Positions 1-9,946 of a stretch of DNA of 64,000 bases are shown here, piece by piece. Location: positions 16,875 to 80,874 of the forward strand of contig CALTTH010000003.1 of NCBI GenBank assembly GCA_943908365.1, read 5' to 3'. Below the pieces are notes generated by a model. It had not been told where the DNA came from. It worked only from the letters and a program-made list of their open reading frames with translations, and made no database searches. The translations under genes were made by a program, and so were the position numbers. The stretch is from an uncultured Hyphomicrobiales bacterium. GTDB taxonomy: Bacteria; Pseudomonadota; Alphaproteobacteria; Rhizobiales; Rhizobiaceae. The number at the start of each line of letters is the position of its first letter. Position 1 is the stretch's first letter.

Positions 1-192
1 ACGTCCCCCGACGAAAGCTGCGACGCAGGCAATCGCAAAGGAGGCGTAGAGCCCGACTTTGGGATCGACGCCGGCGATGACGGAAAAACCGATCGCTTCT
101 GGAATCAGCGCAAGCGCGACGACGATGCCGGAGAGCACGTCTCCACGAATATTGGAGAACCACTCCTGACGGTAGTGTGAGAAAGTTCGCAT
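1..192 (-). CDS. SulP-family anion transporter, N-terminal part; the gene continues past the window start
   Basis: Reverse-strand translation from an ATG at 192 gives [42 protein letters not shown]..., a typical SulP/SLC26 N-terminus. It is not in the ORF track because no stop codon lies inside the window. Confidence 0.5.
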   Translation of the reverse strand, partial: MRTFSHYRQEWFSNIRGDVLSGIVVALALIPEAIGFSVIAGVDPKVGLYASFAIACVAAFVGGR

Positions 193-550
193 GGATGAGT
201 TACCACAGTTGATGCAACGGGCCGAGCAGAACTCGGTCCTCAAAAGATGAAACAGGTTGCGTTGCTGTGTTGTCTGGCGGATCGGCGGCCAGAAGAGCCA
301 CCCGGATTTTCACCGGGTCCTTGTGGATGATTGCTCTATAATCGAGATGTCGACGTGCTGCAACCGGCATCGTTTTGCTGAAACGCTTGAAGCACTATCG
401 CTGTCCGTTAAAGAAGTCCTACTTGGATCTGCTGTTTTTGATCCATCCCGCCAATCGGAAGATAACCCATTTTCTTAAACGAAAAGAGTATCTTATCGTC
501 TAAAACGTGTTTCCAGGGAGGCCACTTGATGGCAGGCGCTGGGGAGCGTG

Positions 551-667
551 ATGATGAAGTGCTTATTTGTAGTTTTGATCCTGACCGCAACGGTGTTTAC
601 ACCAGCAGAAGCCAAGGCACCTTACATGTTTGGCGCCTCGCTGACACATTTGCACTGGGATAAGTAA
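551..667 (+). CDS. Candidate 38-aa secreted or signal-peptide-bearing small protein
   Basis: ATGATG start lies 7 nt after a GGGGAG Shine-Dalgarno. Translation is MMKCLFVVLILTATVFTPAEA-KAPYMFGASLTHLHWDK: a hydrophobic signal-like N-terminus, an AEA-K cleavage-like site and a short polar tail. It is absent from the ORF track because it is under 60 aa. Confidence 0.25.
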   Translation: MMKCLFVVLILTATVFTPAEAKAPYMFGASLTHLHWDK

Positions 668-673
668 GGCCCG

Positions 674-1399
674 TCAGTCGTTACCGGCGGCGTCGCTCAG
701 CACGTCGAGATCGGGCACGGTGATATGCCGGTTGTTTTCGATTTGAATGATGCCCTCTTTTTTCAGCTTGGTCATCTGACGGCTGACGGTCTCGATCGTA
801 AGACCCAGAAAGTCCGCAATATCGGCGCGTGATAGCGGCAGGTCGAAGCAGGACACGTCACCCTTTTCAGGATCGATGTGCGTGGCGATGAGATGCAGAA
901 AGCTCGCGACCTTCTCCTGCGCGGACTTGCGACCGAGCGTCAGCATCCAGTCCCGCGCCTCGTCAAGTTCCTTCAGTGACTGGCCGTGAAGCTTGCGCTC
1001 CATGTTCGGCACTTCGCCAATCATCCGGTCCACCACACGCCGTGGAAACAAGCAGATTTCTACATCGGTGGCGGCTTCGGCGGTCATGCTGCTTTCGGCA
1101 TTGAAAGGGCGCCCGAGAAAATCGGGTGCAAACTGCAGGCCGACGATCTGCTGACGACCGTCCGACATCATCTTCGACAACTTGATGACGCCACTGAGAA
1201 TATTGGCGTAGTAGGGTACGAGCTCGCCCTGGCCAAGCAGTTCGTTGCCGGTCTCGAATCTCTTGCGGCTGGACTGACGGTTGAGCTCCAGAAGCTGCGC
1301 TGGAGTAAGAACACCGCAAAGGCCGCCATGGCGCGCCTCACAGGAACGGCACACGACGGGCATGTCCGAATTGTGGATAGTTCTCTGCAGCGTGTCCAT
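674..1399 (-). CDS. fnrN: Crp/Fnr-family oxygen-responsive regulator, FnrN type
   Basis: N-terminal Cys cluster CRSCEARHGGLC plus an internal Cys, a cNMP-binding-like fold and a C-terminal HTH (RADIADFLGLTIETVSRQMTKLKKEGII). The MDTLQ start at 1399 was chosen in place of the 353-aa ORF-track start. Confidence 0.8.
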   Translation of the reverse strand: MDTLQRTIHNSDMPVVCRSCEARHGGLCGVLTPAQLLELNRQSSRKRFETGNELLGQGELVPYYANILSGVIKLSKMMSDGRQQIVGLQFAPDFLGRPFNAESSMTAEAATDVEICLFPRRVVDRMIGEVPNMERKLHGQSLKELDEARDWMLTLGRKSAQEKVASFLHLIATHIDPEKGDVSCFDLPLSRADIADFLGLTIETVSRQMTKLKKEGIIQIENNRHITVPDLDVLSDAAGND

Positions 1400-1520
1400 C
1401 GCATCACGTCCAAGTCGAACGGGTCCGATCGCAGGCGCGATCTCAAATATCCCCGTCAAATCAAGCCCCCCGAAGCCCATGTCCCCACATCGCTTCTGAT
1501 ACCTTTGTTTATTAGCTAAT

Positions 1521-1534
1521 TTGATCGAAGTCAA
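1521..1534. promoter_or_regulatory. FNR/FixK anaerobox TTGATCGAAGTCAA upstream of hemN, divergent from fnrN
   Basis: The TTGAT-N4-GTCAA dyad is seen directly in the sequence, about 70 nt upstream of the hemN start. A second weaker dyad, TTGATACATGTCAG at 1575..1587, overlaps the hemN RBS. Confidence 0.6.
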
Positions 1535-1600
1535 AGTTGCAAACTGTCGCAGCATGTATCCGTAAGTCGCAGAATTGATACATGTCAGGAAGTGAACGCG

Positions 1601-2950
1601 ATGGCTGAGCATTTGTTGAAGAAATATTTCGCGGCCGTTCCCCGCTACACGAGTTATCCAACGGCGCCTCACTTCCATCTGGGTATAGGAGCCGGCGAAT
1701 ATTCTTCTTGGCTGCAGGCCCTTGATTCGCAGCATCGCCTGTCACTCTATATCCATATTCCTTATTGCGACCGGCTCTGTTGGTTCTGTGCCTGCCACAC
1801 CAAACACACGCTTCGTTACGAGCCGATTGCCGCTTATCTCAAAGCGCTGCACTGCGAAATTCGAGCGGTCGGGCGGCTGGTGTCGAAAGACGTCCGCGTT
1901 ACCGCCGTGCATTTTGGTGGAGGGTCGCCAACGATGGTCAGGCCGCAGGACCTGACTACGCTGATGGATGCGCTGCGCTCGACGTTCTCATTTTCGGATA
2001 CCGCCGAAATCAGCGTCGAGATGGACCCGAACGATCTCGATCAGGGGCGCTACGATGCCCTGGCCGCAATCGGCATGACGCGGGCAAGCCTTGGCGTGCA
2101 GGATTTTGATCGGAAAGTGCAGAAGACAATCAACCGCATACAGACCTTCGAACAGACGCGATCGGTGGTGGAAGCGGTCAGGGCGCGTTGCGTCCATTCC
2201 GTGAATTGCGACGTGCTCTATGGCCTGCCTTATCAAACGCTCGAAACACTGCGCGATACCGTCGAGAAGATCATCTCTTTGGACCCGGATCGAGTAGCTC
2301 TGTTTGGATACGCGCATGTGCCGTGGATGAAGAAGCACCAGACGATGATCCCGCAAGAGGCGTTGCCGGATGCGATTGCGCGATACAGGCAGATGAAAAC
2401 CGCAGGCGAAATGCTGTTGCAGGCGGGTTATGAGGCGGTCGGCATCGATCACTTCGCCAAGCCAGGGGACACACTGGCGAAAGCGATGGAAGAGGGAGAG
2501 CTTCGCCGCAACTTCCAGGGCTATACCGATGACAGCGCCGACGCCCTGATCGGGCTTGGCGCATCGTCGATTGGCAAGTTGCCGCAAGGCTACGTCCAGA
2601 ACATGGTGGCGACGGGGGAGTATGAACGCATGGCTGAAGCCGATGGTCTCTGCATCGCTCGTGGCATTGCACTTTCTGTCGAAGACCGGGTGAGGGCCTT
2701 CGTGATTGAAAGGATCATGTGCGATTTCTCGCTCGATCTCTCGGCGCTCGCCGCGCTCTTCGGTCCGGCGTCTCTTCCAGCCGTTGAAGAAGCCCAGCAA
2801 TTTGCAGAAGGTGATCGCGACGGGCTTGTGCATCTCGAGGCCGGTCGTTTTGCCCTGACGGAAACGGGCAAGCCGTTTGCTCGCAGCATTGCCGCAACTT
2901 TCGATACCTATCTCTCCAACGGGCGAGGTCGTCATTCTCTGGCGGTTTGA
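1601..2950 (+). CDS. hemN: Oxygen-independent coproporphyrinogen III oxidase (radical SAM)
   Basis: CxxxCxxC radical-SAM motif (CDRLCWFCAC) and HemN-like length. The ATG at 1601 is preferred because it has an AGGAAG RBS 8 nt upstream; the ORF-track GTG at 1592 abuts that RBS. Confidence 0.9.
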   Translation: MAEHLLKKYFAAVPRYTSYPTAPHFHLGIGAGEYSSWLQALDSQHRLSLYIHIPYCDRLCWFCACHTKHTLRYEPIAAYLKALHCEIRAVGRLVSKDVRVTAVHFGGGSPTMVRPQDLTTLMDALRSTFSFSDTAEISVEMDPNDLDQGRYDALAAIGMTRASLGVQDFDRKVQKTINRIQTFEQTRSVVEAVRARCVHSVNCDVLYGLPYQTLETLRDTVEKIISLDPDRVALFGYAHVPWMKKHQTMIPQEALPDAIARYRQMKTAGEMLLQAGYEAVGIDHFAKPGDTLAKAMEEGELRRNFQGYTDDSADALIGLGASSIGKLPQGYVQNMVATGEYERMAEADGLCIARGIALSVEDRVRAFVIERIMCDFSLDLSALAALFGPASLPAVEEAQQFAEGDRDGLVHLEAGRFALTETGKPFARSIAATFDTYLSNGRGRHSLAV

Positions 2951-3083
2951 GTGTAGGGTGTAGGCAACACACATCGGCCAAAATAGAGCGAAGCATCACG
3001 AAAGCATTGGCTTTTTGGTGCAACTTCCCTATGTGGTGCGTCTGAAGAGACCTTTATAATTAAGAACACAAAGGATTACGGGC

Positions 3084-3362
3084 GTGACAGCTACATTCGA
3101 TAAGGTTGCCGACATCATCGCTGATACCAGCGAAATCGATCGCGAAACCATTACGCCGGAAAGCCATACGATTGACGACCTCGGCATCGACAGCCTCGAC
3201 TTCCTCGATATCGTTTTCGCCATCGACAAGGAATTCGGCATCAAGATCCCGCTCGAGCAGTGGACGCAGGAAGTCAACGAAGGCAAGGTTTCGACCGAAG
3301 AATACTTCGTTCTGAAGAACCTCTGCGCCAAGATTGACGAGTTGAAGGCAGCCAAGGGCTGA
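3084..3362 (+). CDS. acpXL: Specialised acyl carrier protein for lipid A very-long-chain fatty acid
   Basis: 92 aa with the ACP phosphopantetheine site [14 protein letters not shown]. It is the first gene of the conserved acpXL-fabZ-fabF2-fabF1-adh-lpxXL order. Confidence 0.85.
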   Translation: MTATFDKVADIIADTSEIDRETITPESHTIDDLGIDSLDFLDIVFAIDKEFGIKIPLEQWTQEVNEGKVSTEEYFVLKNLCAKIDELKAAKG

Positions 3363-3511
3363 TCTTTTCGTTCCGCTTCTGCGGGTTCCAGCAAAATGGG
3401 ACCTGCATGCTGCTTTTTGACAGAGCTCGATCTTCAGGACTTGCCTGAGGACGTTTGCCCATCTGACGCTGTCTTGGGGCGAAACAGCCTGGCCTATTTC
3501 ACGGACAAGAT

Positions 3512-3991
3512 ATGCTTCTCGAATATTTCCAGATGGTGGACCGAATCGAGTCTATCGACAGATCAGCCCGCACCTTGAAGGCGCGATCGGTCGTGCCGGA
3601 CAAGAGCCCGGTTTTCGAGGGGCATTTTCCCGGTATGCCGCTGGTTCCAGGCGTGCTGTTGATCGAAACCATGGCGCAGACGTCCGGGATGCTGGTTCTC
3701 GCCATGACGGATTTTGCCGCCATGCCATTCCTGATGTCGGTCGACAGTGCCAAGATGCGGACCTTTGTCGAGCCAAATGCCGTGCTCGATATCGAGGCCT
3801 ATCTCGAGCATGATGGATCGGGCTTTGCCGTCACCAAGGCGAAGATTACCTCAGGCGGCAAGAAGGTCTGCGACGCGCAGCTGAAGCTTCGCACCATGCC
3901 TTTCTCTGAAATTCCGCTTGCGCCGATCGTCAAGAAGCGCGCCGAGGAAATAGGCCTTATGGCGGCGATCGCTGCCGATACCTCCGCCTGA
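3512..3991 (+). CDS. fabZXL: FabA/FabZ-type 3-hydroxyacyl-ACP dehydratase
   Basis: Hotdog-fold motif FEGHFPGMPLVPGVLLIETMAQ; 159 aa. Confidence 0.8.
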   Translation: MLLEYFQMVDRIESIDRSARTLKARSVVPDKSPVFEGHFPGMPLVPGVLLIETMAQTSGMLVLAMTDFAAMPFLMSVDSAKMRTFVEPNAVLDIEAYLEHDGSGFAVTKAKITSGGKKVCDAQLKLRTMPFSEIPLAPIVKKRAEEIGLMAAIAADTSA

Positions 3992-4173
3992 TCGAAAAAG
4001 CGCTATCTTCGCGTTCAAAATGCTGAAAAGTCATGCGGTGCGGAAGGTCCGATAGGCTTTCGCCATTGCAAAGCCGCATCGCGCGCATTATTCCGCATGG
4101 CAAGTGCGGCGTCCCTGCCGTTTTTGAGAGCTGGCCCGGGACTGCGTTCCGAAAAAGCGACGAAGGATCACGG

Positions 4174-5370
4174 ATGATGAAGTCTGACAATGATGTGGTG
4201 ATTACCGGGGTCGGTATCGTGACCTGTCATGGTGTCGGTAAGGATGCCCATATTGCGCTGCTTTCCAGCGCCACGACGCCAGAGGCGATCGTCGAGACGG
4301 AAAAATTTGCGCCTTATCCCATCCATCCGCTGCCGGAGATTGACTGGTCTGCGCAAATCGGTCGCAAGGATCAGCGCCAGATGGAAAACTGGCAGCGCCT
4401 CGGCGTGTTTGCAGCCGGTCTTGCGCTGGACGATGCCGGTTTGAAAGAAGAAGCGGAAGCCTGTGGGACGATGGACATGATCGTTGCTGCCGGTGGTGGC
4501 GAACGCGACATCAATGTCGATACGCTGATTGTAGACGAAGGCCTAAAGCGCAACGACCGCGAAGTGATGCTCAATGAAAAGCTGACGACGGAGCTTCGCC
4601 CGACGCTGTTTCTTGCCCAGCTTTCCAACCTGATGGCTGGCAATATTTCGATCGTGCATAAGGTTACCGGCTCCTCACGCACCTTCATGGGTGAAGAAGG
4701 TGCCGGTATCTCGGCTGTCGAGACCGCATTTTATCGTATTCGCTCAGGCGAATCGAGCCATGCCCTCGTGGGCGGTGCATTTGCGGCCGAACGTCCGGAC
4801 ATGACGCTGCTTTTCGAAGCCGTTGGCGCGCATGCTCAAGGTGGCTGGCAGCCGCTTTGGTCGCGCACGCAAGGCGAGGGCGGCGGCATGATCACCGGAT
4901 CCGTCGGCGCCTTCCTCGTGCTGGAATCGCGCAAGCGCGCCGAAGCGCGTGGCGCGAAGATTTACGCGCGTATCGACGCGATCGAAGGCGATCGTGGCAA
5001 CCGCGACGATGGCAAGCTTGAGGCGCGTCTCGAACGCCTCCTCGCGCCTGCCAAGGACGCGGTTGAAACCGTCGTCTTCTCCGGTGCCAGCGGTTATGAC
5101 GGCTTGACGTCCCGCGAAAAGGACATTCTCGAAAAGACCTTGCCACATGCTGCAATTCGCGGCTTTGGCGGTGTTACCGGTCATGGACTTGAAGCGCAGT
5201 TTCCGCTGGGTCTTGCGCTTGCAGCCCTTGTGCTTGAAAGCGGTGCGATGGTTCCGACCTTTGACAGCGCTGTCGAAAAGCCGATGGCGGCTGCCGCGAC
5301 GGAAGCGGTCGTGACAACGGTTGGCCATGTGCGCGGCGAAGGTGTCGCCGTTCTTTCCAAAGACGCTTGA
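4174..5370 (+). CDS. fabF2XL: Beta-ketoacyl-ACP synthase-like protein lacking the active-site Cys and one His
   Basis: KAS fold throughout. Start moved to MMKSDNDVV, which has an AGGA RBS. At the nucleophile elbow the sequence reads MGEEGAG where KAS II has ATACxSG, and the first catalytic His motif reads VFSGASG instead of VNAHGTS. Confidence 0.75.
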   Translation: MMKSDNDVVITGVGIVTCHGVGKDAHIALLSSATTPEAIVETEKFAPYPIHPLPEIDWSAQIGRKDQRQMENWQRLGVFAAGLALDDAGLKEEAEACGTMDMIVAAGGGERDINVDTLIVDEGLKRNDREVMLNEKLTTELRPTLFLAQLSNLMAGNISIVHKVTGSSRTFMGEEGAGISAVETAFYRIRSGESSHALVGGAFAAERPDMTLLFEAVGAHAQGGWQPLWSRTQGEGGGMITGSVGAFLVLESRKRAEARGAKIYARIDAIEGDRGNRDDGKLEARLERLLAPAKDAVETVVFSGASGYDGLTSREKDILEKTLPHAAIRGFGGVTGHGLEAQFPLGLALAALVLESGAMVPTFDSAVEKPMAAAATEAVVTTVGHVRGEGVAVLSKDA

Positions 5371-5382
5371 GGAGTTCAGACC

Positions 5383-6669
5383 ATGGCATCCAGCAATTTC
5401 AAGGATCACCTTGGACGGCCCATCGTTGCCGTCACCGGTATGGGCATCATCACCTCCTTGGGGCAGGGGCTCTCGGATAACTGGGCGGCTTTGACCTCCG
5501 GCAAATCCGGCATCCACAAGATCACCCGCTTCCCGACCGACAATCTCTCCACGAAGATTTGCGGCACGGTCGATTTCATCGATATTCCGGTTCCGAACTC
5601 CGTCGAGCGCTCCTTTGCGTTCGCGCGCGAAACCACGATCGAAGCTTTAGCTCAAGCAGGACTATCCGGCGATTTCAACGGTCCGCTGTTTCTCGCTGCG
5701 CCGCCGATCGAACCGGAATGGAGCGCCCGCTTCGAGCTTGCCGATCGGTCTCCACCTGCTGCGAAGCCGGGCGACGCCTATGATCGCTTCATGTCCGCTC
5801 TTCGTCAGCGCCCCGATCCAGCCTTTCAGGAGGCCGCGCTCTTTGGTGCAATCTCGGAGCGTCTATCCGATCAGTTCGGTACACGCGGCCTCCCGGTTAC
5901 GCTTTCGACGGCCTGCGCTTCGGGTGCGACGGCCATCCAACTCGGTGTTGAAGCCATCCGCCAGGGCCGCACCGATCGCGCGCTAACCGTTGCGACGGAC
6001 GGATCCGTCAGCGCCGAAGCGCTGATCCGCTTTTCGCTTCTGTCTGCTTTGTCCACACAGAACGATCCACCGGAAAAGGCGTCCAAGCCGTTCAGCAAGG
6101 ACCGCGATGGCTTCGTGATTGCAGAAGGTGCGGCGACCCTGGTTCTGGAATCGCTGGAAGCAGCGGTTGCCCGTGGTGCAAAGGTGCTCGGCATTATCAA
6201 GGGCGCAGGCGAAAAGGCAGACAGCTTCCACCGTACGCGCTCGTCGCCCGATGGCGGCCCGGCAATTGCCACCATCCGCGCAGCGCTTGCCGATGCTGGC
6301 TTCTCCGAAAGCGATATAGGCTACGTCAACGCACATGGCACGTCCACGCCGGAAAATGACAAGATGGAATACAGCTCCATGCTTGCGGTCTTCGGTGAAG
6401 GTCTGAAGGCGATCCCGGTCTCTTCCAACAAGTCGATGATCGGCCATACGCTGACAGCAGCAGGTGCAGTCGAAGCCGTTTTCTCATTGCAGACGATGCT
6501 GACTGGCACCCTTCCGCCCACGATAAACTACACCAATCCCGATCCGACCATCGCGCTGGATGTCGTGCCGAATGTGAAGCGTGATGCTCAGGTCAGCGCC
6601 GTGCTGTCGAACTCCTTCGGCTTTGGTGGCCAGAACGCAAGCCTTGTCATGACGCGGGAACCGGCTTAA
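5383..6669 (+). CDS. fabF1XL: Beta-ketoacyl-ACP synthase II, canonical
   Basis: Intact Cys (LSTACASGATAI) and both His motifs (VNAHGTSTPEND, SNKSMIGHTLTAAG); GAGGAG RBS. Confidence 0.85.
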   Translation: MASSNFKDHLGRPIVAVTGMGIITSLGQGLSDNWAALTSGKSGIHKITRFPTDNLSTKICGTVDFIDIPVPNSVERSFAFARETTIEALAQAGLSGDFNGPLFLAAPPIEPEWSARFELADRSPPAAKPGDAYDRFMSALRQRPDPAFQEAALFGAISERLSDQFGTRGLPVTLSTACASGATAIQLGVEAIRQGRTDRALTVATDGSVSAEALIRFSLLSALSTQNDPPEKASKPFSKDRDGFVIAEGAATLVLESLEAAVARGAKVLGIIKGAGEKADSFHRTRSSPDGGPAIATIRAALADAGFSESDIGYVNAHGTSTPENDKMEYSSMLAVFGEGLKAIPVSSNKSMIGHTLTAAGAVEAVFSLQTMLTGTLPPTINYTNPDPTIALDVVPNVKRDAQVSAVLSNSFGFGGQNASLVMTREPA

Positions 6670-6806
6670 GCGGTTCCCGAACGCATCTGTCCGGAAGCGG
6701 GCGATGTCTATTTGGGTGAAGGAGAGCCGTTTTCGCGTGTCCCAGTTGGATGAGCGGCGCTCTCAATCGAAAACGCTTTAACGCCTTCGGGCGAAGGACT
6801 TCTATT

Positions 6807-7835
6807 ATGCGCGCTCTTCAACTCGTCGACGACCGTAAGCTCGAGAAAGTGGATCTGCCGGAGCCGGAAGCGCCGGCACCGGGTGAGGTCACGCTGCGCG
6901 TAAAAGCCGTTGCGCTGAACCACATCGACGTTTGGGGCTGGCGCGGCATGGCCTTTGCCAAGCGCAAGATGCCCTTGACGATTGGTGCCGAAGCCTCGGG
7001 CGTGGTGGAAGCCATCGGTCCTGGTGTTTCCAACGTTCTTCCCGGTCAGCTTGTCTCCATTTACGGCGCGCGCATCTGTGGTCGTTGCCACCACTGTGTC
7101 GCCGGTCGAGACAACCTTTGTGAGAATGTCGGCGGCGTTCACGGTTTCCATCTGGATGGCTTCGCGCAGGAGAAGATCAACATTCCGGCCCGCCAGCTGG
7201 TGCTGGCTCCGCCCGGCGTCGATGCCGTGGCGGCCGCCCTCGCACCTGTGACCTTCGGTACCGTCGAACACATGCTTTTCGACAATGCCAAACTTCAGCC
7301 CGGTGAAACGATCCTCGTCCATGCCGGCGGTTCCGGTATTGGCTCAGCCGCCATTCAGCTGGCGAAGAAGATGGGCTGCACGGTCATCACCACGGTCGGT
7401 TCGGACGACAAGATCGAACGCGCCAAGGCGTTGGGTGCCGATCACGTCATCAACTACCGCGTGGACCGCTTCGAGGGCGTTGTGCGCAAGATTACCAAGA
7501 AGAAGGGCGTCGATGTCGTTTTCGAGCATGTCGGCAAGGATACCTGGGCAGGTTCCATGTTCTCGCTGAAGCGCGGCGGTCGTCTCGTCACCTGCGGCTC
7601 GACCTCCGGTGTCTCGACCGAAATCAACCTGATGATGCTTTTCCAGCAGCAGCTCAAGTTGCTCGGCTCTTTTGGCTGCCGCATGCAGAACATGGCCGAT
7701 GCCATGCAGAAAATGGCGCGCGGTCTTGTACACCCGGTGATCGATACCGAAGTAACCTTCGACGATATCGACAAGGCTCTGGAACGCATGGAGACCCGTC
7801 AGGTCTTCGGTAAGATCGTTCTGCGGATGGATTGA
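6807..7835 (+). CDS. Zinc-dependent medium-chain alcohol dehydrogenase/reductase of the VLCFA cluster
   Basis: MDR-family motifs, including a GHE-like region and GGSGIGSAAIQLAKKMG Rossmann fold. Start moved to MRALQLVDD, which has a GAAGGA RBS. Confidence 0.8.
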   Translation: MRALQLVDDRKLEKVDLPEPEAPAPGEVTLRVKAVALNHIDVWGWRGMAFAKRKMPLTIGAEASGVVEAIGPGVSNVLPGQLVSIYGARICGRCHHCVAGRDNLCENVGGVHGFHLDGFAQEKINIPARQLVLAPPGVDAVAAALAPVTFGTVEHMLFDNAKLQPGETILVHAGGSGIGSAAIQLAKKMGCTVITTVGSDDKIERAKALGADHVINYRVDRFEGVVRKITKKKGVDVVFEHVGKDTWAGSMFSLKRGGRLVTCGSTSGVSTEINLMMLFQQQLKLLGSFGCRMQNMADAMQKMARGLVHPVIDTEVTFDDIDKALERMETRQVFGKIVLRMD

Positions 7836-7838
7836 TCA

Positions 7839-8780
7839 GTGAAGCTTTTGATTACGCGCATTGTTCTGGCGCTTGAGAACTTTCGCCAGTGGCTGAACGC
7901 GACCATTGCGTTCGGCTTTCTGAACATGCTGAAATTGTTGCCGGCCGATCCAGCAATTCACTTCGCAGATCGCCTCGCGCGTAAACTCGGACCCAAGACA
8001 CCGCGTCATAAGCTGATGCTCTTCAACCTCGCTCGCGCCTATCCGGAAAAAACCGAAGACGAGCGTCTGGAGATTGCGCTCGACAGCTGGGGGAACATGG
8101 GGCGTCTCGCCGCCGAATATGTTTTCCTCGACCGCCTGTTCGATTACGACCCGGAGCAGACGAAGCCCGGTCGCATCGAAGTCGTCGGCATCGACAACTT
8201 TCTGGAGCTGCGCGACAATCCGCGTCCATTCATCGTCTTTACGGCCCATACCGGAAACTTCGAGCTTCTGCCTGTGGCGGGATCCGCTTTCGGCCTAGAT
8301 GTGACGGTGCTGTTCCGCCCACCGAACAATCCTTACGTGGCAGAGAAGATCTATAATTTCCGCAAGGAGCGCATGGGCAAGCTCGTTCCCTCGCATGCGG
8401 GCTCGTCTTTAGCGCTTGCGCGACAGTTGGAGCGTGGTGCGGGCGTCGGCGTGCTTGTCGATCAGAAGTTCCGTAAGGGTCTCCTCACCAAGTTTTTCGG
8501 ACATAATGTCCAGACTAATCCTCTGCTTGCCAAGCTAGTGCGCCAATTTGGCTGCGACGTCTATCCGGCAAGATGTATCCGACTTCCTGACAATCGCTAC
8601 CGTCTGGAAATCGAACCCAAGGTCGAGATACCGCTCAACGACAAAGGCAGTGTCGATATCCAAAAGACCGCACAGCTTTTGAACGACAAGGTCGAGAGCT
8701 GGGTGCGCGAGTATCCCGGTCAGTGGCTTTGGTACCACGACCGTTGGCATATCAAGGACCAGGTCAAGACAGACGGTTGA
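7839..8780 (+). CDS. lpxXL: Lipid A very-long-chain-fatty-acid acyltransferase (HtrB/LpxL family)
   Basis: 313-aa LpxL/HtrB-like acyltransferase in the terminal position of the acpXL cluster. Confidence 0.75.
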   Translation: MKLLITRIVLALENFRQWLNATIAFGFLNMLKLLPADPAIHFADRLARKLGPKTPRHKLMLFNLARAYPEKTEDERLEIALDSWGNMGRLAAEYVFLDRLFDYDPEQTKPGRIEVVGIDNFLELRDNPRPFIVFTAHTGNFELLPVAGSAFGLDVTVLFRPPNNPYVAEKIYNFRKERMGKLVPSHAGSSLALARQLERGAGVGVLVDQKFRKGLLTKFFGHNVQTNPLLAKLVRQFGCDVYPARCIRLPDNRYRLEIEPKVEIPLNDKGSVDIQKTAQLLNDKVESWVREYPGQWLWYHDRWHIKDQVKTDG

Positions 8781-9084
8781 AGACTATACGATACATTTTA
8801 ACAACGTTGATCGATCGGTGGGGTATTATTAAACCACACAATATCGGCCGGTTGACGTAATGCGATGATTTAGTCGGCGTGTCGCGAGACAATACCGTGC
8901 TTGTTCTTCCTTACTATTTCTCGGATTTGTAATAACATAGCCGATTGTGATATGGGTGAATGTGCTGGTGTGGTGATCTTGCAACTCCTTACATCATGCT
9001 TTACGGGCACATTGTGCAGATAGTCGCGCGTGCGCCCGGGGAGGATTGGGCAACTGGAATGCCTGCGTCTCGGGAGTGTTTGGG

Positions 9085-9777
9085 TTGAAAAGAAAAATCG
9101 AATTGTTCTGGCAGAACTATGCGGAACTGAAAAGCGCAGTCATTCGCAATGAAGCGCCCAAGGTTGCAGCTCTTGATAAAGAGCTCGAAACTCTGCTCGA
9201 TAGTATCATCGGCAGAAAGAACGCTTCGTCGTCGGAAATTCTCGAACAGTTTCGTTTCGCCATAGACCTCCTGAACGAGGAAGCTGAGGACGTCGGCTGT
9301 GTCCAGCGAAACGCAGATGTCCTGCGCAAGCTTGTCGATCGCTATATCGGCGCTGGGCTGCCACGCGACGGCAGCACTCCGGATGGCGGGGATGCGCTGT
9401 GGGGGCCCTATATCATTCTGGATGAAGACCGGTTGGAAGACCTGGACGATCGCGTCGTCGTCGTGTCTCCCGGTTACCGCATCAACTATACCAACTCCGC
9501 AAATGCCGCATCGCTCCACTCGGATCGCAGTGAGATCATCGGCAAGCATATTGCTGAGTTTGTCGGCATCCATCACTTCCAGCAGGCATTTCGTGCGAAA
9601 CTCGACGCGTGCTTCAAGGGGGAGGCTGAGAAGTATACCTATGCCGAGGACGCCCTTGGGCATACGGTGGTCAAATCTTTCGAGATGTCGCCGTGCTATT
9701 CGCCCTCCTACAAACTCGTTGGCGCTATCGTGGTGGTCAAGGAGTTGGAAGATCGTCGCACACGCGTGGTTGCGTAG
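9085..9777 (+). CDS. PAS-domain protein, paralog 1 (helical N-terminal domain plus C-terminal PAS)
   Basis: C-terminal PAS-like fold (VVVVSPGYRINYTNSANA...VGAIVVVKELEDRR). Start uncertain: the ORF-track 9046 is a TTG; the TTG at 9085 matches the N-terminus of the downstream paralog. Confidence 0.55.
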   Translation: MKRKIELFWQNYAELKSAVIRNEAPKVAALDKELETLLDSIIGRKNASSSEILEQFRFAIDLLNEEAEDVGCVQRNADVLRKLVDRYIGAGLPRDGSTPDGGDALWGPYIILDEDRLEDLDDRVVVVSPGYRINYTNSANAASLHSDRSEIIGKHIAEFVGIHHFQQAFRAKLDACFKGEAEKYTYAEDALGHTVVKSFEMSPCYSPSYKLVGAIVVVKELEDRRTRVVA

Positions 9778-9946
9778 TACGCAAAATGTGCCTCGAATGC
9801 CGCATTGCAGTCCCCATTGCGCTTTTTATCGCGGCACTACTATAAATCGTATATTGACGGCGGCGAAACGCTCGGTACTGGTGTACCGTGGTTGTACGGC
9901 CTGAGTTTGGCCGGGGGATAGTTCCGGTTTTTCGGAGTAAGCGTGG

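Noticed and set aside
1988-2974. 328-aa minus-strand ORF
   Set aside because: Entirely antisense to hemN, which has an unambiguous radical-SAM signature; a high-GC artefact.
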